Positions 61,698 through 64,000 of a DNA stretch of 64,000 nt are shown in pieces. The notes under the pieces are model-generated. The model had not been told where the DNA came from. It made no database searches and was given only the letters and a program-made list of their open reading frames with translations. This DNA comes from Eledone cirrhosa. Taxonomy: Eukaryota. Made by a program: the position numbers and the translations under genes. The stretch is taken from contig OZ024752.1 in NCBI GenBank assembly GCA_964016885.1, forward strand, positions 43,648,001 to 43,712,000. The letters are read 5' to 3'. Every line of letters starts with the position of its first letter. Position 1 is the first letter of the stretch.

Positions 61698-61874
61698 GTA
61701 TATATGATTGTATATATATATGTATATATATATGATTGTATATATATATGTATGTATGTATGTATGTATATCTATGTATGTATGTATGTATGTATGTATG
61801 TATATCTATGTATGTATGTATGTATGTATGTATGTATATCTATGTATGTATGTATATGTATATATATATATGTA

Positions 61875-61962
<88 letters not shown>

Positions 61963-62023
61963 GTATGTATATATATGTGTATATATATATATGTATCTCT
62001 ATATATATATATATATATGTATC

Positions 62024-62060
<37 letters not shown>

Positions 62061-62224
62061 GTCTATATATATATATATATGTATCTATATATATATATAT
62101 GTATCTATATATATATATATATATATCTATATATATGTATATTTATGTATATATATATATATATATGTATCTATATATATGTATATTTATGTATATGTAT
62201 CTATATATATGTATTTTTATGTAT

Positions 62225-62288
<64 letters not shown>

Positions 62289-62461
62289 GTATATATATAT
62301 GTATATATATATGTATATATATAGTATATATATGTATATATATATATGTATATATATATGTATATATATATGTATATGTATGTATATGTATATATATGTA
62401 TGTATATGTATATATATGTATGTATATGTATATATATGTTATATATATATATATATGTATG

Positions 62462-62492
<31 letters not shown>

Positions 62493-62551
62493 ATATATAT
62501 ATATATATGTATGTATATGTATATATATGTATATATATATATATATGTATG

Positions 62552-62582
<31 letters not shown>

Positions 62583-62597
62583 ATGTATATATATATG

Positions 62598-62661
<64 letters not shown>

Positions 62662-62715
62662 TATATATGAATTATATATATATATATGTATGTATATATA
62701 ATATATATATGTATG

Positions 62716-62748
<33 letters not shown>

Positions 62749-62844
62749 GTATGTATATATATATATATATGTATGTATATGTATATATATGTATATATAT
62801 ATATATATGTATGTATATATATATATATATGTATGTATATATAT

Positions 62845-62885
<41 letters not shown>

Positions 62886-62941
62886 TATATATGTATGTAT
62901 ATATATATATATATATGTATGTATATATATATATATATATA
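61698..62941. repeat. 1.2-kb compound (TA)n/(TATG)n microsatellite
   Basis: Seen directly; gives spurious Y/I/M/V ORFs. Confidence 0.97.
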
Positions 62942-63898
62942 ACTTTGAATAACTTTGAAATGTTTTGGCCAGTATTGGCCCAGGCCATGTCTAACTTAAT
63001 AGCACCACTGGCGAAGTCTTTCAATTCAGGATTTGGGCACCATGGCCCATTCGAGAAGAGAATTACTGTTTGCGGAGACATATCCGGGTGTGGGTGGTTT
63101 TGTCCGGGATTACTTGGAGGAATTTGTCCAAAGACTTCTTGAATTTTGTGTGGTCAGTTTCTGTTTTGACGTGTCCTGGTGTGATGTTGAAGAGAGCAGG
63201 GCCGATTGAGGTGAAATAATTTGTGCCGTATTGTTGTTATGAGTTGCGATTTAGATTTTTGAATGGGACGGATAGCACGGGGCCCAAGCCTTGGGTGTAT
63301 CTTGAAGGCGATGCCAACATCATTTGGGCAGTGATGATGGAACATTTTCCACATCATGCAGATAATATAACGCTCACGGCGACGTTGGAAGTGAGTAAAG
63401 TTTCAGGTTTTTCCAATCGACCCCAGTAGTCAAGGTCTGACATGCCATCTATCTTTTTCGTGATTGCCCTTTGAGGAGCTTCAAGTTTCATGATACTTTG
63501 TTTCGTTGTGGGGAGACCACAGTGGACAACAGTATTCAAGGTGTGGTCGGGCGAAAGTAGAGAAGAGAAGGATAATGGTGCGGGAATCTCTCGACTGGAA
63601 GGTTCTGAGGATCCAGGAACACATTCTGCGGGCCATGTCAACTTTGCTGCTTATATGCGTGGTCCAGCTTATGTTGCTGTCCACGGTTACTCCCAAGTCT
63701 CTGATGTTGTTAGATGCCACGAGAGTTTCCCCGGAGGGAAGGGAGTACGGGAGTTTCAGAGCATCCTCTTTTCCAAAGTGGATCAGTTCGAATTTGTCTT
63801 CGTTCAGTAACATGTTGTTCTTTTCTGCCCATTGGGTAACAGCCAGTAGGTCTGACTGAAGGCTTATCCGGTCATCCACGCCATTGATGACCTTTTGG
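62942..63898 (-). mobile_element. CR1-clade LINE ORF2 fragment (RT thumb to C-terminus), frameshifted
   Basis: LQSDLLAVTQWAEKNNMLLNEDKFELIHFG, IRDLGVTVD, RPHLEYCCPLWSPH. Confidence 0.9.
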
Positions 63899-63936
<38 letters not shown>

Positions 63937-63946
63937 TAGATATATG

Positions 63947-63986
<40 letters not shown>

Positions 63987-64000
63987 TATATATATGTTAT

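Noticed and set aside
61512-63142. Long Y/I/M/V/C-rich ORFs (also 43466-43724, 58290-58902, 59673-59889)
   Set aside because: Translations of (TA)n/(TATG)n microsatellites.

Overview
AT-rich, repeat-dense metazoan genomic DNA with spliceosomal introns. The tRNA-derived SINEs, RTE LINEs and long (TA)n tracts look like an octopod/coleoid cephalopod; this is inferred, not verified. There are two + strand genes. The first is the last three coding exons of G3BP (RRM + RGG tail, 1072-2297). The second is a complete TBC1D5 (Rab7-GAP, retromer-associated), which I assembled by hand from 19 GT-AG coding exons (15969-52905; 2418 nt, 805 aa, all phases consistent), with a probable non-coding first exon near 7445-7559. 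Introns and flanks carry Tx1/L1, RTE and CR1 LINE fragments, tRNA-SINEs, TTAA (piggyBac-like), hAT-like and pogo-like MITEs, and several minisatellites. Most long ORFs in the supplied track are artefacts of these repeats. The leads most worth testing are: (i) recurrent fold-back palindromes beside (TA)n, one holding a complete minimal hammerhead ribozyme, suggesting Penelope-like remnants; (ii) an unassigned, highly structured ~210-nt GC-rich segment ending in a U-tract at 6880-7097; (iii) a frame-preserving 21-nt candidate microexon with UGCAUG sites inside the TBC domain; (iv) a 2.3-kb minisatellite amplified from a SINE 3' segment. None of these is proven to be a new system from sequence alone.
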